From NCBI GenBank assembly GCA_963832725.1, contig CAWHVG010000001.1, positions 1,389,928 to 1,453,927 on the forward strand: 64,000 nt of DNA, written 5' to 3'. Below the pieces are notes generated by a model. That model was not told the DNA's origin, ran no database searches, and saw nothing but the letters and a program-made list of their open reading frames with translations. Of the stretch, positions 29,831-40,754 are shown in pieces. This DNA is from an uncultured Pseudomonadota bacterium (lineage in GTDB: Bacteria > Myxococcota_A > Polyangia > Polyangiales > Sandaracinaceae). How positions within the stretch are numbered: position 1 is the first letter of the stretch; each line of letters begins with the position of its first letter. The position numbers and the translations under genes were made by a program.

Positions 29831-32473
29831 ATGTCGACGCCGTATCATCCACCGCCCATGCACGTGGTCGAAGACGACGCCTTCGTAGGTCGTGAGCGGG
29901 AGCTCGCGCGGATCGATGCGCTCTTCGCGTCGGGCGAGCGGCTGGTCTCGATCGTCGGCGGCCCCGGGGTCGGCAAGACCCGGCTGGCCGCGCGTCACGC
30001 ACAATCGGTGGCGCAGAAGCGAACGGTGGTGGCGCGGGTGGACCTCGCCGACACCCGCAGCGAGGAGGAGATCGCCCTCGCATTCGCGAACGCGCTCGGA
30101 CTGCGGGACTCCTCGCCCGCGCTCGGCCACGTCGAGGCCGGCGAGCTGATCGAGCGCGTGGACGCGGCGCTGGAGACCGGCGAGGTCGACCTGGTGCTGG
30201 TGGACGACGCCGAGAGCGCCGCTTCGTCACTCGCGACCTGCGTCGCCCGCTGGCTCGCAGAGGCCCCGCGCGTTCGCTTCCTGGTGGCCAGCCGGCAGGC
30301 GCTCTCGCTGCGCGCCGAGCAGCTCATCGAGCTCGGGCCGCTCTCGATCCCCGACGACGACTCGCTGGAGGCGCTCGAGCGCTCGGAAGCCGCACAGCTC
30401 CTCTTCGTGCGCTCCGATCGCGTCCGCCTCGACGCGCAGACGGCGCCGGTGGTCGGCCGGCTGGTCCGCAGCCTCGACGGAAACCCGCTGGCCATCGAGC
30501 TCGCGGCGGCGCGGCTGCGCTCGCTCGGCTTGCGCGACGTCACCGAGCGCATCGCCTCGGGGATCGACTTGCTCGACCGCGCCCCGCGCGACGCGAGGTG
30601 GCGACACGCCAGCCTGCGCCGGGCGATCGGCGTCTCGTGGGATCTCTCCACCGATGAAGAGCGCGCGCTCTTGGCCCGCTGCGCGGTGTTTCGCGGCTGG
30701 TTCGACGTCGGCGCGGTCGAGGCGGTCGCCGGCGACGCGATGGAGAGCCCGCTCGACGCGCTGCACGGCGCGCGGGAGCGCTCGCTGGTCTCGATGCGGG
30801 AGGTCGGCGGACGCTCGCGCTACGCGCTCTCGGCGCCGGTGCGCGCGTTCGCGGAGGAGATGCTCGAGGCGAGCGGCGCGGCGGAGGACGCTCGCGCGCG
30901 CCACGCCTCGTGGCTGGCCGAGCGCGCCCGCGAGGCGGCCGAGCGCTGGCGACTCTCGGCCCACGAAGACGATCTCGCTTTTCTGCGGGAGCATCAGGCG
31001 GACCTCGCCGCCGCGCTGGCGATCGCCGACGCCCACCTGAGGGCGCGCCTGCTCCTCGCGTTCGACGTGGTGCTGGCGCACAGAGAGAAGCCGGCCGCCC
31101 ACGTCGCCCTCCTGCGCGAGCCCCTCTTTGCGATCGAGCCTTCGGCGCTGCAGGTGCGCCTCGCGATCGCGCTGGCGCTGGCGCTGGAGCGGGCGGGCGA
31201 CGCGCGGGCCGGGCTCGACACGCTGGACGCGGCGCGCGCCATCGCGGTGGCCGAGCCGCTCGCAGCCGAGCTGGAGGTCACCGCCGCGCAGCTCTCGCAG
31301 ACCTCTGGCGCGCTCGACGCGGCGCGCGCCTCGTTCGAGCGGGCCATCGCGCTGGCCGGCGAAGGCGCGCTCCTGGTGCGGGCGCTCCGAGGGCTGGGGT
31401 TGGTGGCGCACGCGCGCGGCGACTTGGACGAAGCCGAGCGGCGCTATCGAGAGGCGCTCCACCGCGCGAGCGAGCTGCCCTTGCTGGAGGCGCGGCTCTT
31501 CTCCGACATGGGCAGCGTCCGACTGGCCCAGCATCGCCTGGAAGAGGCCCGCGAGCGCTTCGAGCGGGCGCTGGAGCGCTCGGCGAGCGCGCCCAATCCG
31601 GTGACCATCGGGCTCACCGAGGGCAACCTCGCCATCCTGGCCCAGGAGGAAGGTCGCTTGGACGACGCCGCGGCCGCGTTCGCCCGCGCGATCGACGAGC
31701 TCTCGCGCTCCGGCCACCGCCTCTACGAAGCGCACCTCGCACTCTACGCCGGGTTCGTCGAGCACGAACGGGGCGAGCTGGCGCGCGCGGTGTCGCTCTA
31801 CGAGCGGGCGCTGGGCGCGCTGCTGACGATGGGCGACGCGCGGATGGCGGGGCTCGGGCTGGCGGGCCTCGGCGCGGCGGAAGCTCAGCGCGGTCGGACG
31901 CGCGCCGCCGAGGACGCGTTCGCGCGCGCCGAGAAGCAGCTCGAAGGGATTGGGGATGCCGGCCTGAGCCTCGCGCTCGCGCTGCACCGCGGGCATCTCT
32001 CGCTGAGCGAGGCGGAGGCGGACCCGGACCGCTCGGTCGCGCTGCGCGAGGAGGTGTCGCGGGTGATCGCCAGCGCCGATCCGGACGTGCTCGGTCGCTC
32101 CGACGACGCGCGCATCGGCTTGCGGATCCTGCGCCAGCGCCTGGAGGCCCGCACGCTGAGCGTCGCTCGCGACGGCGGCCTCATCCGGCTGCCCGACGGC
32201 GAGGTCATCGATCTCTCGCGCCGGGACGTGCTCAAGCGCATCGTGCTCGCACTGGCTCGCGCGCGCATCGAGCGGCCGGGCCAAGCGGTGAGCGTCGAGA
32301 CGCTCGTCGCCGAGGGATGGCCCGACGAGCGCATCCTCTGGGGGCCGGCGCTCAACCGGCTCAAGGTCGCGCTGTCGACGCTGCGCAAGCTCGGCCTGCG
32401 CGACGCGCTCGAGCGTCACGAGCAGGGCTACCTATTGGATCCGGGGGTCTCGGCGACCTGGATGGACGGCTGA
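29831..32473 (+). CDS. STAND/AAA ATPase - TPR - C-terminal winged-helix (OmpR/BTAD-like) regulator
   Basis: Walker A GGPGVGKT and Walker B LVLVDDAE. NB-ARC-like GNPLAIELAA. Long TPR-like A/L/R-rich repeats. The C-terminus VLKRIVLALARAR...VSVETLVAEGWPDE...LNRLKVALSTLRKLGL is like a trans_reg_C winged helix. Confidence 0.75.
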   Translation: MSTPYHPPPMHVVEDDAFVGRERELARIDALFASGERLVSIVGGPGVGKTRLAARHAQSVAQKRTVVARVDLADTRSEEEIALAFANALGLRDSSPALGHVEAGELIERVDAALETGEVDLVLVDDAESAASSLATCVARWLAEAPRVRFLVASRQALSLRAEQLIELGPLSIPDDDSLEALERSEAAQLLFVRSDRVRLDAQTAPVVGRLVRSLDGNPLAIELAAARLRSLGLRDVTERIASGIDLLDRAPRDARWRHASLRRAIGVSWDLSTDEERALLARCAVFRGWFDVGAVEAVAGDAMESPLDALHGARERSLVSMREVGGRSRYALSAPVRAFAEEMLEASGAAEDARARHASWLAERAREAAERWRLSAHEDDLAFLREHQADLAAALAIADAHLRARLLLAFDVVLAHREKPAAHVALLREPLFAIEPSALQVRLAIALALALERAGDARAGLDTLDAARAIAVAEPLAAELEVTAAQLSQTSGALDAARASFERAIALAGEGALLVRALRGLGLVAHARGDLDEAERRYREALHRASELPLLEARLFSDMGSVRLAQHRLEEARERFERALERSASAPNPVTIGLTEGNLAILAQEEGRLDDAAAAFARAIDELSRSGHRLYEAHLALYAGFVEHERGELARAVSLYERALGALLTMGDARMAGLGLAGLGAAEAQRGRTRAAEDAFARAEKQLEGIGDAGLSLALALHRGHLSLSEAEADPDRSVALREEVSRVIASADPDVLGRSDDARIGLRILRQRLEARTLSVARDGGLIRLPDGEVIDLSRRDVLKRIVLALARARIERPGQAVSVETLVAEGWPDERILWGPALNRLKVALSTLRKLGLRDALERHEQGYLLDPGVSATWMDG

Positions 32474-32706
32474 TTCACCGGGTGAGCGCGTCTTTGGGGT
32501 CCCTCGTGGCGGGATCGGCATCCGTGAAGCTTCTTTCGGGTCGCCGCCGTCCACTCGATCTCGCTCGAATTCTACCGCCCAACGGGATCCGTTGCGTCTT
32601 GGACGACGAAGTCGCTCGGCGCGCCGAAGACCGAGGCGCGCGCGCCGTCCCGACCCGCTTCCCGAGCTGGTTGCCGGCGCTCGACCGGCATCGAGCCGGG
32701 TGCGCT

Positions 32707-32895
32707 TCAGGGTTTCACCCACTTTCCGACCACGTAGTGCACGGGGCAGAAGCCCGTGAACACACTGGAGATCATCACCAGGCCCGTGAGACCCGCGAGC
32801 GCGAGCCACCGCGGATCGACGAGCTGCGCCATCACCGCGCTGCAGAGCACGATCAGGCCTACGATTCCGTCGTGCACCTTGGTTCGCTTGGACAT
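32707..32895 (-). CDS. DUF2892 (YgaP-like) small membrane protein
   Basis: MSKRTKVHDGIVGLIVLCSAV...GLTGLVMISSVFTGFCPVHYVVGK is the characteristic DUF2892 pattern. ATG at 32895. Confidence 0.7.
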   Translation of the reverse strand: MSKRTKVHDGIVGLIVLCSAVMAQLVDPRWLALAGLTGLVMISSVFTGFCPVHYVVGKWVKP

Positions 32896-32999
32896 GAGGG
32901 ACGAAGCTAGCAACGGGCGGGGCGCTGCGCCGTTCCTGTTCTCGCGAAACTGGTTCGCATGGTTGCGAGGGCGCACGCGGCGGAGGATGCTCCCACCCT

Positions 33000-33845
33000 A
33001 TGGCGATCCTGTGGGACGATGTGCGCTACCTCGACGCCATCCACACCGAAGGCGCGGTCGGCGGCGCCGCGCGGGCGCTCGGGGTCTCGGTCTCGACGGT
33101 GTATCGGCGCGTCGCCGCGCTCGAGGAAGCGCTCGGCACGCCGTGTCTGGCGCGGGCCGGAGGGACGGAGCTCCTCACGCCCGCCGGTCGAACCCTGGCC
33201 GCCGCGGGTCGATCGTCCCGCCGCGCCATCACGCGTGCGATCGGGGAGATCGAGGAGCGGGAAGGGGCACGCGACGGCGTGGTCAGCGTGACCACGGTCG
33301 AGGGGCTCTTCCCACTGCTCGTGGATCCGATCGCGGAGGTGCAACGCGAGCACGGGCTCCGCGTGACGCTCTACCTGGGCGACAGCGGGCCCAGCGTGCG
33401 CGATCGCGAGGTCGACGTGGCCGTCGGCGTGATGAAGAGGCCGCCGCCCGGCTGCTGGGGACGCCGGCTCGCTCGCCTCCCCTACGCGGTCTTCGGGACG
33501 CCCGAGGCGATCGCCCGCGAGCCGGAGCCGGCGTGGATCACCCGCTCGTTCGACGCGAGCTACGCGCCGGAGGCCGCCTGGGAGCGCGACCACGTACCGC
33601 GCTCGGCGGCGAGCGCACCCTTCGCCGCGCTCGTGGCCCTCGTGGCCAAGGGGCTCGGGGTCGGCCTGATGCCTCGCGCGATCGCGGCGCAGCACCCGAA
33701 CCTGGTCGAGTGGACGGGGCACGGCGCGAGCACGGCGAAGCTCCAGCGGAGCACATGGCTGCTCACGCACCCCGATCTGCGCAAGTCGCCTCGCGTCGTC
33801 ACGCTGATGCGCGCGCTGAGCCGCCACTTCCGTCGCGTCCTGTGA
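33000..33845 (+). CDS. LysR-family transcriptional regulator
   Basis: N-terminal HTH AVGGAARALGVSVSTVYRRVAALEEALG and a substrate-binding-type C-terminal domain. Divergent from the DUF2892 gene. Confidence 0.85.
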   Translation: MAILWDDVRYLDAIHTEGAVGGAARALGVSVSTVYRRVAALEEALGTPCLARAGGTELLTPAGRTLAAAGRSSRRAITRAIGEIEEREGARDGVVSVTTVEGLFPLLVDPIAEVQREHGLRVTLYLGDSGPSVRDREVDVAVGVMKRPPPGCWGRRLARLPYAVFGTPEAIAREPEPAWITRSFDASYAPEAAWERDHVPRSAASAPFAALVALVAKGLGVGLMPRAIAAQHPNLVEWTGHGASTAKLQRSTWLLTHPDLRKSPRVVTLMRALSRHFRRVL

Positions 33846-33976
33846 GCCCGGTCGAGGTGCCCGAGACGCGCGACGGCGCCGCACTCCGCACGACGGGTCG
33901 AGCGCGGAGGGCGGCGCCTGGCATCGGCGGTGCACGCTCGGGATCGCTGCCCGAGCGTGCACCCTTCACACGAGGG

Positions 33977-36477
33977 TCAGGGGAAGGTCGCCGGGCAGCC
34001 GTCGAAGGTCGAGGGGACGTCCTGCGTGTCGGTGTCGGCGTCGATCGAGAGCAAGAACTGAACGAGATCGCTCCGCTGTTGATCCGCGTCGCCGGTGGTG
34101 AGGAAGACGGGGTTGGCCGCCGTCAGGTGTGCCCGCCACGCGGGGTCGGAGAGGAGCGCGTCGAGCGTGCTCGCTTGGCCGTGGTGGAGGTAAGGCGCGC
34201 CGATGGAGAGCCCGTAGAGCGAGGGGACGTTGTAGCCGCCCGCGCCCTGGGCTCGGGCGCCGTTGGCACGCTGCTCCAGCCCGGTCGTGCCCGCGTCGTC
34301 GCCGGGAAGCCCGAACGTGCCCACGCCGCGCAGCACGCAGGCCACCTGCGCCGGCGCGGAAGCCGCCGCGCTGTCGACGGAGGCCGGCTGCGGCTCGATT
34401 CTGGAGCCCGTGTGCGTTCCAGCCCGAAGGCCACGCGCTCGGCGGCGTGAACGACGCCGTCGTCAGGGCCGTGTTGGTCGCGGACGAGGGGACGTAGAAG
34501 CGGCGCGACGCGGTCCAGCCGGGCCCGCCGTGACAGGCCACGCAGCCGCCGTTGTTGGCGCTGGCGTCCGGCATCCCGAAGAGAGCCGCGCCGCGCGCCA
34601 CCGCTGCCTCGTCGAGGAAGCGCAGACGGCGCGGCGGCCGAACGGTGCGGATCCACGCTTCGATCGCATCCCACGCGCCGGGCGCGCAGACGTCGCTCGC
34701 GTCCGCGAGCTCCTTCACCGGCTGCCCGAGCCCGCCGCCGAGCGCGATCGGGCTCTCGGTGTCGAGCCCGCTGCAGTCACCGTTGGTCACCGCGCCGAGC
34801 CCGCCTTGGACGCCGCGGGTGTTGCGCTCGAAGTCGTGTACCTCGTCGAAGATCGCGGTCCAGTTGAAGACGCGCTGCACCTGGGTGCCGCCGCCGTGCG
34901 AGAAGGAGCCGTCGAGCGAGGTCGCCTGGCGCGGCCCGGCCGCGAACGACCAGGTGACGTTGTCGGTGTAACCGCCCGGGTGGCAGGAGCTGCAGCTCGA
35001 CCAGCCGTTGTTCGACCAGCGCGCGCGGCCGGTGAAGAAGAGGCGGCGGCCCTTGTCGACCTCGATCTCGGCGGGATCACTCGGCGGGCTGGTGGACTCC
35101 ACCGTCGTCAACAAACGCTGCTCGGCCAGGTTCACCACGCCGAGGCGGCGGCTCCCCTGACAGCTCAGGTACGCGCGCGGCGCGGCGTGCGCGGTGGCGA
35201 TGCCCGTGGGCATCACGCAGCCCGTGTCGGCGCCGGAGGGCGCGGCGTGCACGTCGATCTGCAGGTTGAACGAGGAGCCCACGCTGACCGCGCCCGGCGA
35301 CTCGTCCCCGAAGACCACGCGCTGCACCATGTCGGCGCCGCGCGACGCCGAGTAGGCGATGCCGGAGGTGCCGATGAACGCGATCTCGACCGTGTCTGCG
35401 AGGAAGAGCGGGTGCGCGCCGTCCGGCGCCGCGTCGTGTACGGCCTTGGCGAGGTTCACCGAGCCGACGCCGCTCCGATCCTCGGTGCGCGACTCGAGGT
35501 CGGCCACGTAGACGACCGGGTGCACGTTGAGATTGAACGCGACCGGCGCACCGGCCGAGACCGAGGTGCTGGTGACGTAGATCTTGCCCTCCTGCACCCA
35601 CACCGAGGAGAGCTGGTTGGGCGAGGTCATCACCGACGCGCCACCGCCCGAGGGGCCGAAGCCGCTGTCGATGGGCGCGAAGGTGATCGGCGCCGTCGGC
35701 GAGAGGTCCGAGAGCTGGTAGATCCGCACCAGCCCGCTCCGGCTCTGGTCGGTGGCCTCCTGACCGTCGATCGGCACGCCGAAGAATTTCGGGCGCGATC
35801 AAGAGCTCGTCCGCGTCGGAGGTGTCGCCGTCGTTGGTGACCGCCAGCGCGTAGGGGTTGTTCGGCGCGGTGATGCTGCTCGTGCGAGCCATCGACGCCG
35901 TGTCGATCACGCCGATGCTGCCCTCGGCGTGCTCCGCGACGAAGAGGGTCGCGCCGCTCGGCGAGAGCGCCAGGCCGGTCGGCTCAGACCCGACCTCGAT
36001 TGTGGCCGTCACCTCGGGCGCGGGCCCGTCGATGCCCTCCACGCGCACCACCGTCGCGTCCGCGCGGTTGGCGACGAACGCCGTGTGTCCGTCCGGGTGG
36101 AGGACGACCGAGGAGGGCGCGGCGCCGACGCTCACGCGGGCCAGCCGCTGGTTGTCGGCCGTGGTGAACGACGAGATCGAGCCGTCCTGGGGGTTGACGA
36201 TCACCACGATGGCGTCGTCGTCGCTGACGACGATGGTGCTCGAGCGGGACGAGCGGGCCAGCACCGCGTTCGTCGTCTGTCCGCCGTCGGTGGACGCGTC
36301 CTCGCCGCCGCCACCCGCATCCTCTCCTCCGCCCGCGTCGGGCCGGACGACCTGCGCGTCCTCCCCGCCGCCGGCGTCCAGCGTGCCACCGCCGCCGTCA
36401 CATCCACCGAGCGCGGCCAGCGCCCATCCGAGCGCGCCGACCCGCGCCGTCAAGAAAGCCATCGAATTGCGTCGCAT
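33977..36477 (-). CDS. lipoprotein: YVTN-type beta-propeller fused to di-haem cytochrome c peroxidase-like domain; two frame breaks (34397-34401 and about 35784-35794)
   Basis: GGAGGA lies before ATG 36477 (MRRNSMAFLTARVGALGWALAALGGC). Propeller repeats (HPDGHTAFVANRADATV, SPSGATLFVAEHAEGSI). Haem motifs CSSCH and CVACH. Three ORF pieces (35077..36495, 33966..35777, 33977..34345) join when single bases are removed. Confidence 0.75.
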
Positions 36478-36833
36478 CCAGTCCTCCGAGTCCACCAGTT
36501 GTGCGACTCCACGGGTACGGCGCGAGGCCCGCGAGCACGAGTTAACCCCGGTTAAACGGGGCGGGCGGGGACCCCTGCCATTCGAGAGGGCAGCTCCGCC
36601 GCCGGCGAGCCTGCCCCGCGAATCGGCAGCGCCGGATGGGTTCGCGACGGTCGACCCTCGAGCCGCTCCGAGCCCGCGGGGCCACGGTCGCGAAGGCGTT
36701 TAACCCCGCTTTACTCGCGACCCGACACGAGAGGACGAATCGTGGTCCCCACCCGGAGCGCTGACCCGGCCCGCTCGCCGACAGTTCATCGGCGGGGCTC
36801 GCTCGGCGCCCTCCCCCCGGCAAGGAGCTCGAG

Positions 36834-38918
36834 ATGACCGCTCAACTTCCCCTTCGCCTTCCTCTGCTCGCGACGCTGATCTCGGTCGCGACGGCGTGCG
36901 GCAACCCTCAAAACGCCTGCGTCGAAGACGATAGTGGCGGTTGCTTGGCCAGCGTTCGGCTGACCTACTTGAAGGTCGACTACGACCTGAGCCAGCCCGT
37001 CTTCGTGAACAACCGCGTCGCGGTCGAGTACGGCATCACCTCGACCAGCCCCGACCCGAGCGCGCCCGCGACCCGGAACGTCGCGGTCAGCTTCAGCTTC
37101 GTCGAGGCGAACCCGGCCAATCCCTCGGCGCCCATCGAGTGCGCGTCCAACGCGTTCGACCTCGAGCTGACGGGCGACGGGCAAGAGCAGGTGTTCAACG
37201 GCTTCGTCTGGCCGACCACCCTCTGCCAAGAGCTGGTCGGAAAGGCCGTGAACCTCCGGGTCAGCTTCGACGGCGGCGAAGGGGTGGCGGACACCGGCAT
37301 CGACTACCCGTCGGTGTCTTTCACGGAGGCCGCAGCGAGCGCCGACATCAACCAGGCCTGCCGCACGGCCACCAATCCGACGGCGACCGACCTCGGCCTC
37401 GGCTGCGTGTACGACTTCGACATCGAGCCCACGCCGACCGACGGGAGCGACACCCTGATCGACGTGCGCTACGGCGGCCTCACGCCGGCCTCGTCGGTGG
37501 CGATCCTGCCCTACGTCGACCCGAGCGCGACCGGCGCCGATCTCGCCCCGAGCCTCGTCGTGCAGTCCACGCTCGTCGTCGACGGACGTGACCCCTACAT
37601 CGCCGGATTGGCGCCCGAGGACGTGCCGGCGGGTCTCGAGGCCGAGGCGCCCGGTATCACCCAGGATCTCCAGTTCGGCGTCGATCCCTCGAACCTCGAC
37701 AGCATCACCGCGATGCCGGGACACGCCGCGCTGACCTACGAGATCGCGCCCGCGAACGACGAGATGGGCTGGCTGCCGCTGACCATCGGCGACCCGAGCT
37801 CGGAGGTCAGCGCCGATCACGTCAGCGAGTACGTGATCGATTCGCTCCAGCCCGGCACCCCGAACATGTTCGCCCACGAGCTCTTCGCCGAGGGCGACAC
37901 CCGCGCCGCGCTCGACGCGGGCGGCCAGTGGGCCGACGTCAGCGACTTCTCGGTGCGCGGCTGCTTCGCGGCCGACTTCACCCAGGCCGGCAACGAGGGT
38001 GAGGACACCAGCGACTGCCGCACCATCCCCGTCGTGCTGGTCCGAGAGGCGCCGAGCCCCTCCGCCGCCACCTCCATCACCTTCGACCAGGAGCTCGAAC
38101 GCCACGTCGGAAACCCGGGCCGCCTCGCGCTCGGCGCGGATCTGGTCACCGAGAACCGGCTCGATCAGGGCGGCGTCTTCAGCCGTGTCCAGGGCGACGT
38201 GACCATCCGCGGCCGGCTCGGGCACTCGTTCTCGATCACCGTGGCCCACGCCGAGGGGCGCGCCAGCCTCGACGTGAGCGCCGCGCAGGCCAGCTACGAG
38301 ATCGGCGTCGACGCGTTCGGGCACAACATCTACGGCGTCTCGGAGAGCAGTCCCACCCTCACCCACGAGGACGACTTCTCGGCGGCGAAGTCCTTCACCT
38401 TCGCCCGCCTCGGCTACGGGTTCGGGCCGATCCGCATCGGGTTCGAGTTCAAGCTCGGCGGCGAGGTCGGCTTCAGCACCGCGGACAGCCTCGAGCTCTC
38501 CACCGACGCCGCACACTGCGCCGCGCTGCTCCGCACCTCGGACGCGGTCGGCGCGTGCGGCTCGATCTCCCGGACGGCCACCCCCCACTTCGCGTTCACC
38601 GCGTCGGTCGAGGGCGGCATCCACCTGCGCCACATCAGGGCGGGCGTGCGGGCCGACCTGCACCTGGTCGACACCCAGTTCCCGTTGACCGCCTCGCTCA
38701 ACTGGGGCCTCGGCGCCGACGGAAGCCCGCGGGTGCTCGGCAGCGCCAACTGGCAGCTCTCGATGCAGCTCATCCGCGGAGACGTCTCGATCGTGGGCCG
38801 CATCGGGTTCCGTCGCTTCGCCCGCACGCTCCACGTCCACCTCTTCAGCTTCCACTCGCGCCGCTTCACCCGGACGCTCCTCGACCAGTCGATGGACGCC
38901 TTCGAGGTGCTCCAGTGA
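36834..38918 (+). CDS. large lipoprotein, unknown function (first gene of a 3-gene envelope operon)
   Basis: 694-aa ORF. LLATLISVATACG lipobox. The acidic N-terminal half is followed by a strand-rich C-terminal half. AAGGAG lies upstream of the ATG. Confidence 0.7.
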   Translation: MTAQLPLRLPLLATLISVATACGNPQNACVEDDSGGCLASVRLTYLKVDYDLSQPVFVNNRVAVEYGITSTSPDPSAPATRNVAVSFSFVEANPANPSAPIECASNAFDLELTGDGQEQVFNGFVWPTTLCQELVGKAVNLRVSFDGGEGVADTGIDYPSVSFTEAAASADINQACRTATNPTATDLGLGCVYDFDIEPTPTDGSDTLIDVRYGGLTPASSVAILPYVDPSATGADLAPSLVVQSTLVVDGRDPYIAGLAPEDVPAGLEAEAPGITQDLQFGVDPSNLDSITAMPGHAALTYEIAPANDEMGWLPLTIGDPSSEVSADHVSEYVIDSLQPGTPNMFAHELFAEGDTRAALDAGGQWADVSDFSVRGCFAADFTQAGNEGEDTSDCRTIPVVLVREAPSPSAATSITFDQELERHVGNPGRLALGADLVTENRLDQGGVFSRVQGDVTIRGRLGHSFSITVAHAEGRASLDVSAAQASYEIGVDAFGHNIYGVSESSPTLTHEDDFSAAKSFTFARLGYGFGPIRIGFEFKLGGEVGFSTADSLELSTDAAHCAALLRTSDAVGACGSISRTATPHFAFTASVEGGIHLRHIRAGVRADLHLVDTQFPLTASLNWGLGADGSPRVLGSANWQLSMQLIRGDVSIVGRIGFRRFARTLHVHLFSFHSRRFTRTLLDQSMDAFEVLQ

Positions 38919-40754
38919 GCGCGCTGCACAAAGCGGGCATCGGGGTCGGGATCGGGCTCGCGGCGCTGGCGCTGGTCGGTCTCGGCCGGGGCGACGAGGA
39001 TGCGCCGGAGCCCCGAGCCGTCGAGAACGCACCGGAGCTGCCCTTGCGCTGCGAGCTCACCCGAGGCGACACCGCCGCCTTCACGTTCGAGTCGCGGGCC
39101 GCGCTCGACGGAGAGGCGGAGCCGACCGAGGACCTCTTCGGCGGCGAGCTGAGCTGGGTCGTCGACGACGTGACCGGTGAGTCGGCGCTCCTGCGCGCCC
39201 AGCTCCGCTCGGTGAGGCTCGAGCAGACGCTCTCGCGCGAGCAGGCCAGCGCCGACGAGCTCGAGGGAAGCCCCTTCTACGTGCGGATTGACTCGCGCTG
39301 CCGCTTCACCGGACTCGGGTTCGCGCCGGGCTGGAGCGCGTCGAGCCGCCGCTTGGTCACCGCGCTGCTGGACGGGTTCGAGATCGTGCTCCCGAGCGAC
39401 GACGCGACGCGCTGGGAGGTCGAACAGCAGGACGGGGTGGGCGCCTTCGCGGCGCACTACCGCGTGCACGAGAGCGGGGGCGAACAGACGGTCGTGCGGT
39501 CCAAGCCCGGCTACCGACTGGACGAGGACACACAGCAGGCCGGGATCCGCGTTCAGCTCCTCGGCGCACGGGCCGAGGCGCGCTTCGACCCCGCGCGTCC
39601 CGGCTGGATGCGCAGCGTCGAGGGCCAGGAGCGCGTCCGCTTCCTCTTGCCCGGTGAGGAGCCGCAGGGCTTCCTGCACCGCTTCCACATCGCGCGAGAC
39701 GACGCGCGCTACCTCGCGGTCCGTGACGGGCTCTCGCTCGGCGACGCCGACTTCACCGACGCGCTGGCGCTCGAGGACGCCTCCCAGCCGGCGGTGGATC
39801 CGGCGATGGCCGCACTGGATCACGAGACCGTACGCTCGCGCTTCCTCGCCCTCTTCCAGGAGAGCGGGCGGAGCGCCGTGTACCCCGCCGCGCGTCTGCT
39901 CGCAGCGTGGCTGCAGGCGCACCCGGACGAGAGCGGGCTCCTTCTTTCGGACTTGCGCGAGGGCGCCATCGATCCCGAGGCACACTCGGCGCTCTTCCTG
40001 GCGCTGGAGCTCGCGGGCACCGACGCGTCGCGCGGTGTGCTGGCCGAGGCGCTGGTCGACCCCGCGCTGACCGAGGTGGATTCGGGCGCGGGCCGCGACC
40101 GCGTTGGCCGACCACGGCACACCCTCTCGAGAGGCGGCGGAGCTGCTCCTGGCGCAGGCGCGAGGCGACGAGTCGCCGATGGTCTCGAACGTGAGCTTGC
40201 TCGGCGTCGGGAGCATGGCTTCGCGCACGCGGCCGGGCGAGCCTCTGCACGAGGAGCTGCACCAGGCGCTGGCGGACGAGCTCTCGCACTCGACCGACGG
40301 CGCCGAGATCGCCGTGGTCGACGCCGTCGGCAACAGCGGTGACGACGCCTTCGGTCCCGCGCTCGAGGAGCGCCTCGCCGGCGAGCAGCCCACCCTGCGC
40401 GCGCACGCCGCGGAGGCGCTCGGCCACCTCTCGCCCGAGGTCGCGCGGCCTGCGTTGGTGGCGCGCCTGGAGGACGAGGAGAGCCCGCGGGTGAGCGCCG
40501 CGATCCTGCGCAGCCTGAGCCGCATGCAAGGGAGCGCGGAGCTCTCGGAGGCGGAGCGCGCGCTCGCGGCGAACAAGCTCGCGAGCTCGACCAGCACCGA
40601 GGAGCGCGCGGCCCTGATCGAGTGGTTGGGTCACGCGCGGGATCAGGCCGAGGCGCGCCGGATCCTGGCGGAGCACTTCCCGATCGAGTCGAACGTGCGC
40701 CTCCAGCAGCGCATCGGCGCCTTCGTCTCGGCCGAGGAGCTGCGGGGTCTCTGA
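38915..40754 (+). CDS. single-TM protein with beta-rich N-domain and HEAT-like repeats; frame broken at 40079-40083
   Basis: GTG 38915 overlaps the upstream TGA (GTGA). TM GIGVGIGLAALALVGL. The C-part is ORF 40104..40754, with repeats of type P.L...L.DE.P.VR.AA. Removing one T of GATTC gives LTEVDRARAATALADHG. Confidence 0.65.

Noticed and set aside
29831-32473. Antiviral STAND (Avs-like) defence protein
   Set aside because: There is no N-terminal nuclease, protease or other effector domain. The ATPase starts within about 20 residues of the N-terminus and the C-terminus looks like a DNA-binding winged helix, which favours a transcriptional regulator.
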